Shown here one piece after another: positions 38,323-46,335 of a stretch of 64,000 nt of DNA (position 1 is its first letter; every line of letters begins with the position of its first letter). The position numbers were made by a program, and so were the translations under genes. The stretch is from a virus: the IMG/VR virus record IMGVR_UViG_3300016476_001289, one strand, 5' to 3'. The notes beneath the pieces are model-generated. The model saw nothing but the letters and a program-made list of their open reading frames with translations, made no database searches and had not been told where the DNA came from.

Positions 38323-39318
38323 ATGAGCAAGATACTGAAATCACTTATTAGGCAATCTTACAACCTACCTAATGGAGATAAGTTAAGACAAGCTAGTTTA
38401 GAATATGGGTATATTCACAATAGTTTTAAAAAATCTTCTCTTGACACAGCAAATGAAATGTTTTGGGTATCTGAAATTGGAAAAGACTATAGTAATAAAT
38501 TTGCTTCCGAATTTGTTATGTCAGAATCTCTTAAGATAAATGTTTCCGAAGTACAACATATAATTGATGTAAATATAAGTCCTAGTGAAATGGCAAAATT
38601 GACTCAAGAAGGAAATGAAAAAATAGTCAAGAAGCTAATAGACAATCTCCCACCAGAATTACAAAAGACCCTTATTCAACACTTTCAAAAAAATGCCCAC
38701 CAAACTCCTTTTATTGCTACTCTAACCGCTTATGCACCCTGGATGGTAGGTTTTATTGTAGCTGCTATTATTACTTACCTTATCTATAAAAACCCTAAAA
38801 AAGCTAAAAAAATACTTGATTTTGGACTAAAACAAGTAAAAAATTTAGGAGTGATACTAGGAAAAGTATTAGCTACTAGTTATAAATGGCTTGTTATAGG
38901 TATAAACAAAACAATAGAAGTAGGAACACCTATTTTAATAGAAGGTGGAAAAATGCTTCTTAAAGGTCTAGGTCAAGCAGGTGAAATTCTCTTGAAAGGT
39001 CTTCAATTTGGTGGTAAATTACTATTAGAAGCTATTAAATACACAGGCACAACTATCCTACCTAAAGTTTTATCTACATTACTAGGTATCTCAATAGAAG
39101 CAATAGAAATATCTAGATGGCTTATAGATAGAGAAAGATATGGAGAAAGAACAGCAAATTATTTACAAAGACTAAGATCTGAAGATAAAGAAAAAGAAAA
39201 ATTACTTATGTATGTGAAACAAAATCTTAATAAAAGTAGAACTGCAAGATTGCATTTAATTAAAACCGCTTTTGAATGTGATTATAACTTAGGTAACTAT
39301 CTCCAAAAAAGAATATAA
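38323..39318 (+). CDS. membrane-segment protein, partial paralog of 36805..38223, with tag motif
   Basis: NGDKLRQASL vs GGEKLRQACL; TM-like APWMVGFIVAAIITYLIY; tail HLIKTAFEC. Confidence 0.75.
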   Translation: MSKILKSLIRQSYNLPNGDKLRQASLEYGYIHNSFKKSSLDTANEMFWVSEIGKDYSNKFASEFVMSESLKINVSEVQHIIDVNISPSEMAKLTQEGNEKIVKKLIDNLPPELQKTLIQHFQKNAHQTPFIATLTAYAPWMVGFIVAAIITYLIYKNPKKAKKILDFGLKQVKNLGVILGKVLATSYKWLVIGINKTIEVGTPILIEGGKMLLKGLGQAGEILLKGLQFGGKLLLEAIKYTGTTILPKVLSTLLGISIEAIEISRWLIDRERYGERTANYLQRLRSEDKEKEKLLMYVKQNLNKSRTARLHLIKTAFECDYNLGNYLQKRI

Positions 39319-39320
39319 AA

Positions 39321-39743
39321 ATGTTGTACTTCGCATATGGTGCTAATATAGATCAAAATAAGTTTTTAAAGAGATGCCCTCTTGCTAAAAACAAAGGTGT
39401 TTTTAAACTTAATAATTATCATATCTGTTTTATAGGAGTATCTTCTTTACATAATGGTAAAGGCGCTTCTACTATTGTCCCCAATAAAAACTACTATGTT
39501 GAAGGCATCCTTTGGAATATCCCCTATATAGATATACACAAATTAGATAGAATGGAAGGCTATCCACATAGATATAAAAAAATTAAATTTAAAACTCCTT
39601 ATGGTGAAGCTTTCACCTATGTTACTATAAGTCAAATCCAAAATGAACCCGATTGTAAATACTTTGAAGACATCTTGTTCTGGTATGAAATCTATGGTTT
39701 TAACAAAAAAAACCTTATTGATGCTTATATAAATTCTTTATAA
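39321..39743 (+). CDS. gamma-glutamylcyclotransferase (AIG2-like) family protein
   Basis: YFAYGANI, VEGILW, LDRMEGYP..Y motifs. Confidence 0.88.
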   Translation: MLYFAYGANIDQNKFLKRCPLAKNKGVFKLNNYHICFIGVSSLHNGKGASTIVPNKNYYVEGILWNIPYIDIHKLDRMEGYPHRYKKIKFKTPYGEAFTYVTISQIQNEPDCKYFEDILFWYEIYGFNKKNLIDAYINSL

Positions 39744-39777
39744 ATACCTATAACTTTAGATATAGTATTTAAAAGAG
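39730..39777 (+). promoter_or_regulatory. late-promoter motif inside a bulged 17-bp hairpin reaching the SD
   Basis: TTCTTT-A-TAAATA-C-CTATA / ACTTTAGA / TATAG-TATTTA-AAAGAG; TAAA-TTCT-TTAT in the 5' arm. Confidence 0.55.
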
Positions 39778-39789
39778 AGTAGAAATAAA

Positions 39790-40782
39790 ATGATGAATAA
39801 AGAAGCTTGTATTATTGCTACGGGTGAATGGGGTGGAAGTCGTGTCTTATTTAAAAATAGAGATAGAAATTACTTACCCCCAGTAAAAGTATATCACGAA
39901 GTTATTAATGGTGTTGAAATTTTATATTATAAAGATGAACTCACAGGGTGGGTTGAAGGTATGAATGAATATGGTATAGGTCTCGTAAATGCAGCTTTGT
40001 CTGTTACTGATGATGAAAAAGAAAAAAATAGGGTCACTAATCCTAAAATAGTTGTCCTAAACAAAGACCCTAAAAAAGTTCTCAAAGCACTCCAACAAAA
40101 AACTTTAGATGAAGCAGTAGAAACCATTTGTAGCTATCTTGGTGGTTTAACAGGTCACACTTTCGTATCTGATGGTGTTGTTACTAAATCTATTGAACTC
40201 ACTAAAGAACATGGATGTATTGTAAAAACCCTTAGAAATGGTGGCATCCATGTAAGAACTAATCATGGTATTAATCACGAAGAAGCAGGTTATCAAGAGG
40301 GGGTTAAAAGAGATAGTTCTGTTATGAGAAGAAATAGAGCTATCCGTAAATTAAAAGAAGTTCAATATGTTGAAGATGTAGCACCTACCGTATATGGCTA
40401 TCGTGTAGGTAAAGACCCCTTTAATCCTCTAAATATGGTAAGAGATAGTAAAGAAAAAATAGATATGAAATCCACTTCCCAAGTCGTTATGGATTTAAGT
40501 AATAAAAAAATGTATCTCTATCTCATTCCTAGAAAAGTTAAATTCTTAGGATACTACAAAAACAATAATGTTAAAAAACCTAAGTGTGAATTGTCTGTTA
40601 TTAAATATACAGGTATTAAAGAAGATGGCACTTTTGATATGGATATCGTAGATACTCTTGATTATGGGATTAAAGACTATATACCACCTTCTAAAAGATT
40701 AGCTTCTCAAATGATTAGAACAGCTATGCTTAAAAAAGATATTTTGTCGGGTCTTAATCCTGAAGTAAAAAAAAAAGCCTAG
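39790..40782 (+). CDS. Ntn-hydrolase (C45/C59-like) with a 6-aa leader
   Basis: MMNKEA|CIIA...KNRD...EGMNEYG...RTNH match the CBAH/C45-type Ntn fold; nucleophile Cys codon at 39808. Confidence 0.75.
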   Translation: MMNKEACIIATGEWGGSRVLFKNRDRNYLPPVKVYHEVINGVEILYYKDELTGWVEGMNEYGIGLVNAALSVTDDEKEKNRVTNPKIVVLNKDPKKVLKALQQKTLDEAVETICSYLGGLTGHTFVSDGVVTKSIELTKEHGCIVKTLRNGGIHVRTNHGINHEEAGYQEGVKRDSSVMRRNRAIRKLKEVQYVEDVAPTVYGYRVGKDPFNPLNMVRDSKEKIDMKSTSQVVMDLSNKKMYLYLIPRKVKFLGYYKNNNVKKPKCELSVIKYTGIKEDGTFDMDIVDTLDYGIKDYIPPSKRLASQMIRTAMLKKDILSGLNPEVKKKA

Positions 40783-41060
40783 ATTTAGAAGTTGAAGGTG
40801 AATATAAAGGTATTGGCACTAAGAGTAAATTTACCATAGGTGATGAAATTGTTAATTTAGAAGTGGATCAAGATAAGAATATCTTTATAAATTGTACTTG
40901 TGGGTTTTGGATATATCAAGGTTGTGAGTATCATGCTAAAACGGATGGGTATTTATTAGGTTCACCTCAAGGAACGGCTAATAAACCTAAAAAGAAAGAC
41001 CCTGAAGGTGAAAATAGAGTATGTAAACATACTTATGCTGTGTTAAATAAGATTAAATAG
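40764..41060 (+). CDS. SWIM zinc-finger domain, in the -1 frame relative to the Ntn-hydrolase end
   Basis: NCTCGFW...CKH SWIM signature; frame is open from 40764 across the A10 run with no ATG (track uses GTG 40863). Confidence 0.7.
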   Translation, partial: SKKKSLDLEVEGEYKGIGTKSKFTIGDEIVNLEVDQDKNIFINCTCGFWIYQGCEYHAKTDGYLLGSPQGTANKPKKKDPEGENRVCKHTYAVLNKIK

Positions 41061-41067
41061 GTATAGT

Positions 41068-41090
41068 AGATAAACAAAAGGAGTTTATCT
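41068..41090 (+). promoter_or_regulatory. perfect 8-bp hairpin clamping the SD
   Basis: AGATAAAC-AAAAGGA-GTTTATCT, ending 1 nt before ATG 41092. Confidence 0.5.
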
Positions 41091-41091
41091 T

Positions 41092-41475
41092 ATGCCTACT
41101 TATGTATATCAATGTCCTAAGTGTACTTTAGAGTTTGAAGTCACTAAAAAAATGTCCGAGTCATCTACACCTGAAGCGTGTTTAGATTGTGGTCCTGATA
41201 CTATATGTAATAAAATACCTGCTATGCCTCAAGTCATGTTTAAAGGTGATGATTGGGGGGATAAAAATAGCCGTATTAAAAAACAAATGGAAGCTCGTAG
41301 AAGCAAGGCTACTATTAAACAAGATGAAATGAAAAGAGAAGCACCTGGTGTTACCCTAGTACCTAATGTTGATGGTGAAAGAGTAGATTCTTGGTCAGAT
41401 GCTCAAAAATTAGCTAAATCTAAAGGTAAAAATACAGATAGCTATAATGACCTAGTTAAAAAAGAAAGCAAATAA
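41092..41475 (+). CDS. FmdB-like zinc-ribbon protein
   Basis: MPTYVYQCPKC..EFEV...CLDCG. Confidence 0.85.
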   Translation: MPTYVYQCPKCTLEFEVTKKMSESSTPEACLDCGPDTICNKIPAMPQVMFKGDDWGDKNSRIKKQMEARRSKATIKQDEMKREAPGVTLVPNVDGERVDSWSDAQKLAKSKGKNTDSYNDLVKKESK

Positions 41476-41539
41476 GAGCTTAATTGATTTATATAATACA
41501 CCCTATATATATGATATTATTTTTAAGGAGAATTTTTTT

Positions 41540-42277
41540 ATGTCCAGAGGTAGATTAGCCGCTAGTTTTAATTATAGATCTAAAGGTCTTATTGATATGA
41601 GTATTCGTAATGAACTACTCAGAGGTTTTGATATTGTTCAAGTTTCAGGTGCTAGTAATGTTAACACTGCTTACAATGCTCCTAGATTAATGTTTGAAGT
41701 TAGAGTCGGGGGTTCTTTTCAATCTCCTGCTATTGAAACTACTAGAGTGCAACCTGAAGAATCTAAAAGAAACAATACTCGTTTTGTTTTTGATCTAGGT
41801 GATTATGCCACTACTTATGTCGCAGGTGAAACTAGAATCCCTTCAGATGGTGAATCTTTATTCGTTCGCCTAAGAGGTAGATATAAACATAATCCTGCTA
41901 CCTATTCCGATTGGGGTCCGATTATTGCTGTCCCCCCTTACGATTTCTTCACCACTGCTCATCCTGTATTTACATTTACAGGTAATGCTCCTATCCTAGA
42001 TGCTGAACCTGATACTATGGGTGCAGGTTGTATGAATGTTATGCTTCCTTATTTCTCTCATACTATTAACATCACTAATCTTGACCCTGACCAAGAATTA
42101 TATGTTACTTTCCACCCAGGTCTAAATCCTACTATTATTAGACCTTATAGTGAAGTTAGTTTAACAGGTGGTGGTGCTCCTGAAATTATCGTAGGTTGTA
42201 GCCCTACTGATATTGATGGTGGAGATCCAGGGGAAGTTAGGTTCTCTGTAAGAATGGCTATGGTTAATCACTCTTAA
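41540..42277 (+). CDS. putative virion structural protein
   Basis: 245-aa beta-rich ORF with AAGGAG SD and late motif upstream. Confidence 0.65.
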   Translation: MSRGRLAASFNYRSKGLIDMSIRNELLRGFDIVQVSGASNVNTAYNAPRLMFEVRVGGSFQSPAIETTRVQPEESKRNNTRFVFDLGDYATTYVAGETRIPSDGESLFVRLRGRYKHNPATYSDWGPIIAVPPYDFFTTAHPVFTFTGNAPILDAEPDTMGAGCMNVMLPYFSHTINITNLDPDQELYVTFHPGLNPTIIRPYSEVSLTGGGAPEIIVGCSPTDIDGGDPGEVRFSVRMAMVNHS

Positions 42278-42340
42278 TAAAGAGTTTATTTTATTTATAT
42301 ATTTTAGTGTATTAGTAATAAGTATAATAGGAGTTCTCAA

Positions 42341-43075
42341 ATGCCTTATATTGTTGTCCGTAGAGATGATATTCAAGCAGGTTCTGTCCAAATTACTGAC
42401 TTATACTTCAATAAATCTAAAGCTAGAAGCCATAATGAGCCTTATCCACAAGGACCTATCTATCTTAGACCTATTGATGTAAACAGTACTGGAAGACTTG
42501 CTCCCAAATTAAAAACTGTTGGTGGAGATATTTTAATATCTCTCCAAACCACAGGTCTTACTGCTTATGTTCTTACACAAGTTGATAATGATGGTGCATC
42601 TTTAACTTTACCTCAAGCTGTTGAAGTTGCTGAATATATTGTAGCTAAAGCATATGCTGCCGAAGATCTCGATAACCTAGAAGCAGATTTACAAGCAGAT
42701 ATTGAACCAAATTATAATTATGGTGATGATATAGAAAATCTCATCAAGATTTTATCTGGTGAGAAATTCGTTGTTTCTGCTAATACTACCATTGAAGATG
42801 GTGGTGTCCATGTCCCCCTACTTATAGGTTCTTCTAATTTCCCTATTCCAGGTGATAGAAGACTTGTAACAGGAGATACTGCTTGGATTTCTAGTCTTGC
42901 TTCAGGTCAATTATATCAATACACCAATGTGGTTAATTCCTATGGTGCTGATAGAACTCCTTCTCTTCAAGAAGTTAATCCAAATGGTGTTGTTCATTTA
43001 CCTAATGGTAATGGTAACCCTTTATGTGTCATCTATCTTAACGATGGCACTGTTTTCACTAGTGCTGATATTTAA
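42341..43075 (+). CDS. putative virion structural/decoration protein
   Basis: Paralog of the next gene (RDDI...QITDL, QGPIYL, IY..DGTVF). Confidence 0.7.
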   Translation: MPYIVVRRDDIQAGSVQITDLYFNKSKARSHNEPYPQGPIYLRPIDVNSTGRLAPKLKTVGGDILISLQTTGLTAYVLTQVDNDGASLTLPQAVEVAEYIVAKAYAAEDLDNLEADLQADIEPNYNYGDDIENLIKILSGEKFVVSANTTIEDGGVHVPLLIGSSNFPIPGDRRLVTGDTAWISSLASGQLYQYTNVVNSYGADRTPSLQEVNPNGVVHLPNGNGNPLCVIYLNDGTVFTSADI

Positions 43076-43093
43076 TCATAGGAGATATAGAAA

Positions 43094-43801
43094 ATGGCTA
43101 TCGTTTATATTACTGTTACAAGAGATGACATCCCTAATGCGACACTTCAAATTAGAGATTTATTCCCTAACCCTTCTCAATACAATCCTGTTATTGACCC
43201 TATTCCACAAGGACCTTTCTATTTGAGTCAACCATCTAATAGTACTGTTTATACAACAGCTAATGTAGATGCTAGAACTATTAGAAATAATGTTAGTGGT
43301 CTTGCTGCTTATCTTATTGCTACCGTTGGTGGTGCTTTTGATGGTGGCGATGATATTGCTTTAACTGCTAGTGAAGCTAATGCTATCGCTCTCGCTATTA
43401 TTGCTCGTATGCAATCAAGTAATACCCTTACTACTGCTGCTCTTAATGCTATCATTCAAGCAAATACTGCTGGTGCTGATGCTAATGGTATCGGTCTTAG
43501 AACTTCTACTGCTAGACTTGGTGATATTCTCGCTATTCTAACAGGTGCTGTTTTCTCTCTACCTGCAGGTCATCAAGTTCAAGATACTGATGGTGTATTT
43601 ACACCTATCGCTGTTATTGATATTGATAATTACTTCTCAGGTGAAAAGAATGACCGAGTATTAGATAGTGATGTCGCTGTATCTGCTGCTAAAGGTGCTT
43701 TGTCTGTAATGTTATCCGATAACTTCACCTATAAGGGTGTTGCTAACAACTGTGTTGCTATTTATAATAGTGATGGTACTGTTTTTAATCCCAATGCCTA
43801 A
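43094..43801 (+). CDS. putative virion structural/decoration protein (paralog)
   Basis: RDDI...QIRDL, QGPFYL, IYNSDGTVF; strong T-ending codon bias. Confidence 0.7.
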   Translation: MAIVYITVTRDDIPNATLQIRDLFPNPSQYNPVIDPIPQGPFYLSQPSNSTVYTTANVDARTIRNNVSGLAAYLIATVGGAFDGGDDIALTASEANAIALAIIARMQSSNTLTTAALNAIIQANTAGADANGIGLRTSTARLGDILAILTGAVFSLPAGHQVQDTDGVFTPIAVIDIDNYFSGEKNDRVLDSDVAVSAAKGALSVMLSDNFTYKGVANNCVAIYNSDGTVFNPNA

Positions 43802-43816
43802 TAAGGATTTACTTAC

Positions 43817-44026
43817 ATGAAATTGAATCTCGCTGATAAAAAGGTTATCCAAGCATTTTTCAATAAAACAAAATCTGAATCTAGATGTTTTGTTTCTGAT
43901 GGTCTTAAACTCCTCGCTACATGGGGAGAACAAGTTGCTGAATGGAAAGATAATCAAATTGTCTATAACACCGAAAGCAAAAAGACTAAACAAATTATAG
44001 ACCAAGTTAAGAGTATTCAAAAATGA
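43817..44026 (+). CDS. hypothetical protein
   Basis: 69-aa ORF with AAGGA SD. Confidence 0.65.
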   Translation: MKLNLADKKVIQAFFNKTKSESRCFVSDGLKLLATWGEQVAEWKDNQIVYNTESKKTKQIIDQVKSIQK

Positions 44027-44268
44027 ACACTGAAAAATATAAAACCTCCGACTTATATTTCGCCTCTTTCTTAAAGACGGTTGGTGTTCCTCTTATAGGT
44101 ACTGAAGTCGAAGGTAAAAAAATATTTTTCATTTTCAATGACTCAGGTACTATTAAAGAACTTAAAAAAGAATACTTCAATAGAAGTGCTCTCGTTCCTG
44201 CTCTCACTTTCGTTGATGAAATCAGATCTATGAAAGCATTAACACATATGTGTAAAGACGGAGAATAA
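44023..44268 (+). CDS. DUF5659-like small protein
   Basis: YKTSDLYFASFL...FFIF pattern. Confidence 0.65.
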   Translation: MNTEKYKTSDLYFASFLKTVGVPLIGTEVEGKKIFFIFNDSGTIKELKKEYFNRSALVPALTFVDEIRSMKALTHMCKDGE

Positions 44269-44269
44269 T

Positions 44270-44599
44270 ATGGCTATTTACGAAGGTGATGTCTATTCAC
44301 ATAATGTTTTCTTCACCACTGCTGAAGGTATTCCTATCCTCGTTCAAGATGCTATTTATACCTTATATAAATTTAATGATGATGGCTCTATTAACAATCT
44401 CCTTGTTAATCAAGCTATGGAAGTTCTTGATGAAGATGAACCTTCTTCTTGGACAGCTTCTATTACCATTCCCGAAAATACAGCAGGGTATACTTTATAT
44501 ATAAGAGTTAGTGCTACTAATATGGCTGATGAAAGACTTGTAAGAGAATATACAATTAATATAGATTCTATTAAGGGAATGAAGATAAGTTTTGTATAA
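44270..44599 (+). CDS. Ig-like/BppU-like beta-sandwich protein (putative)
   Basis: 109 aa; strand pattern resembling 45118..45432 and the N-terminus of 51530..52417. Confidence 0.55.
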   Translation: MAIYEGDVYSHNVFFTTAEGIPILVQDAIYTLYKFNDDGSINNLLVNQAMEVLDEDEPSSWTASITIPENTAGYTLYIRVSATNMADERLVREYTINIDSIKGMKISFV

Positions 44600-44630
44600 T
44601 AGTATATACCTACTATCAAAGGATATACAC

Positions 44631-44939
44631 ATGGAACTTAATCCTAAAATGCAACCTATATTTGACTGTCTTAATAAATATCTACCTTGCACCGAAGACG
44701 CTATTCCGGACTTAAAAGAAAAAGGAAAATTGAATTTCTTAAACCAAGTCTATGTTAAATACTACTTTAATAAAAAGGGTCAAACAGTATTTAAAATTAA
44801 AAGAATTTATACTGACGATGGTATTGTCTATAAAAATAAGCAACTATGCTTCATGCCTGATGAAGTCAATGATGAAAATGTAAAAGCATTTAAAAAAGAA
44901 CTTTCTAAGTTTCTTAAAAAACATGGTTTAGAAGATTAA
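44631..44939 (+). CDS. hypothetical protein
   Basis: AAAGGA SD before ATG 44631 (track starts at 44592). Confidence 0.65.
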   Translation: MELNPKMQPIFDCLNKYLPCTEDAIPDLKEKGKLNFLNQVYVKYYFNKKGQTVFKIKRIYTDDGIVYKNKQLCFMPDEVNDENVKAFKKELSKFLKKHGLED

Positions 44940-44940
44940 T

Positions 44941-45090
44941 ATGTTCTTACTCGCTATTAAAGAACTTATGGAAAACAAGACTATTGTTAAACAAGGTCTT
45001 ACAACAGATGAACTACTACTATTATGGGATATTGCTTTTGCTTTAGGTTATACTAAAGAAACAAAAGAAGAATTTCTAAAAGGTTTATAA
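44941..45090 (+). CDS. small hypothetical protein (49 aa, not in the track)
   Basis: MFLLAIKELMENKT...EFLKGL read directly from the sequence; fills the gap exactly. Confidence 0.5.
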   Translation: MFLLAIKELMENKTIVKQGLTTDELLLLWDIAFALGYTKETKEEFLKGL

Positions 45091-45115
45091 TCTATCTCAA
45101 TATAGAGGAGATAGA
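45091..45115 (+). promoter_or_regulatory. 8-bp hairpin covering the SD
   Basis: TCTATCTC-AATATAGAG-GAGATAGA, ending 2 nt before ATG 45118. Confidence 0.5.
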
Positions 45116-45117
45116 AA

Positions 45118-45432
45118 ATGGCTGTGATATTTAAACAAGGTGATACACCTAATAAATGGGACTTAAAGATTATCATTACTGATGATAAAAATAGACCTTT
45201 TGACCCTTATAGTATTACTTATAGCTTTTATGCTGATGATAAGAATAGAGGTAAATATCGTATAGGTATGGCTGAAAGAGTCCCTATTAAAGATAGTGTA
45301 GGTTATTATTATGTAGGTGAGAAATTTAGTACAGGATTTATTATAGGAGACCATTTTGTAGAATGGGCAATTAGAAGAAGTTCTAATAGTCCTATTGAAG
45401 TATTTAGACAGCAATTTGCTATTATTAAATAG
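45118..45432 (+). CDS. stand-alone paralog of the N-terminal domain of the neck protein at 51530
   Basis: MAVIFKQG...DL...ITY...RVP...VGYYY...WAIRR..NSPI aligns by eye with MSVVFKRG...DL...ITY...RIP...VGEYY...WAIRE..NSPI. Confidence 0.7.
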   Translation: MAVIFKQGDTPNKWDLKIIITDDKNRPFDPYSITYSFYADDKNRGKYRIGMAERVPIKDSVGYYYVGEKFSTGFIIGDHFVEWAIRRSSNSPIEVFRQQFAIIK

Positions 45433-45468
45433 TTTATATCTCTCTATATGGATATAAGGAGAGTTATT

Positions 45469-45747
45469 ATGAATAAACAGTATTTTATCAAGGAAGCTAT
45501 GCTTAAAAAAGCTAAGACTAAAGATGTTAAAGAAGCTATTGCTAAAGTATATCAAATGAAATTAAGCATTATGCAAATTAGAAATTCTTTAGGTTATAGT
45601 GGACCAGGTAGCTTACTACAAACAGGAACAGGTGGAATAAATATTTCACAAGAAGACTCTAGTGGGCATATTAAGACTGCACTTAGAAATCTTGATAATG
45701 CTGCTCTCCTTATTGATGAAGCATATAAACACTTACTTGAAAGTTGA
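45469..45747 (+). CDS. hypothetical protein with tag-like leader
   Basis: AAGGAG SD before ATG 45469; leader YFIKEAMLKKA. Confidence 0.7.
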   Translation: MNKQYFIKEAMLKKAKTKDVKEAIAKVYQMKLSIMQIRNSLGYSGPGSLLQTGTGGINISQEDSSGHIKTALRNLDNAALLIDEAYKHLLES

Positions 45748-45756
45748 GAATATATC

Positions 45757-46188
45757 ATGGCTAAAAAGAAAGCTACCTTACCTCCTTCACCTTATACTTA
45801 CTATGCTGATGTTTTAGAAGTTTATGATGGTGATACTTTAACTGTTACTATTGATCTTGGTTTTAGTTTAACAGTAAAAACAAAAGTTCGTCTTATGGGT
45901 ATTGATACTGCTGAAATGAAATCAGAAGACCCAGAAGTTAAGAAACTCGCTATTGCTAGTAGAGATTTTATCAGAGAACAAGCTCTTGATAAGAAAGTTC
46001 TCTTAAAGAGTCATAAACCTGATAAATATGGTCGTGCTTTGGCTGATATTTGGACATTAGATGACCAATGGCAACCTGCACCTAAGACTTTAAGTGAAAT
46101 GATGATTGAAAAAGGTTTTGCCAAGTCATATGATGGTGGCACTAAAGATCAATTTACAGCAGACGATGCTATTAATGGTGTTAAATAA
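45757..46188 (+). CDS. thermonuclease (SNase-like) family nuclease
   Basis: EVYDGDTL, VRLMGIDTAE, DKYGRALA motifs. Confidence 0.92.
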   Translation: MAKKKATLPPSPYTYYADVLEVYDGDTLTVTIDLGFSLTVKTKVRLMGIDTAEMKSEDPEVKKLAIASRDFIREQALDKKVLLKSHKPDKYGRALADIWTLDDQWQPAPKTLSEMMIEKGFAKSYDGGTKDQFTADDAINGVK

Positions 46189-46335
46189 AGATATACTTAC
46201 GGATAAGTATCTATTTCATTTTAAAAAGAATCTAGGTTAGGAAAAAATCTTATTTGATCTAAGAATATTTAATATAATGTTATAGCATCTCCCATAAGGG
46301 AAGACTCAACACATACTTCGTAAAAGGAAAAGTAT

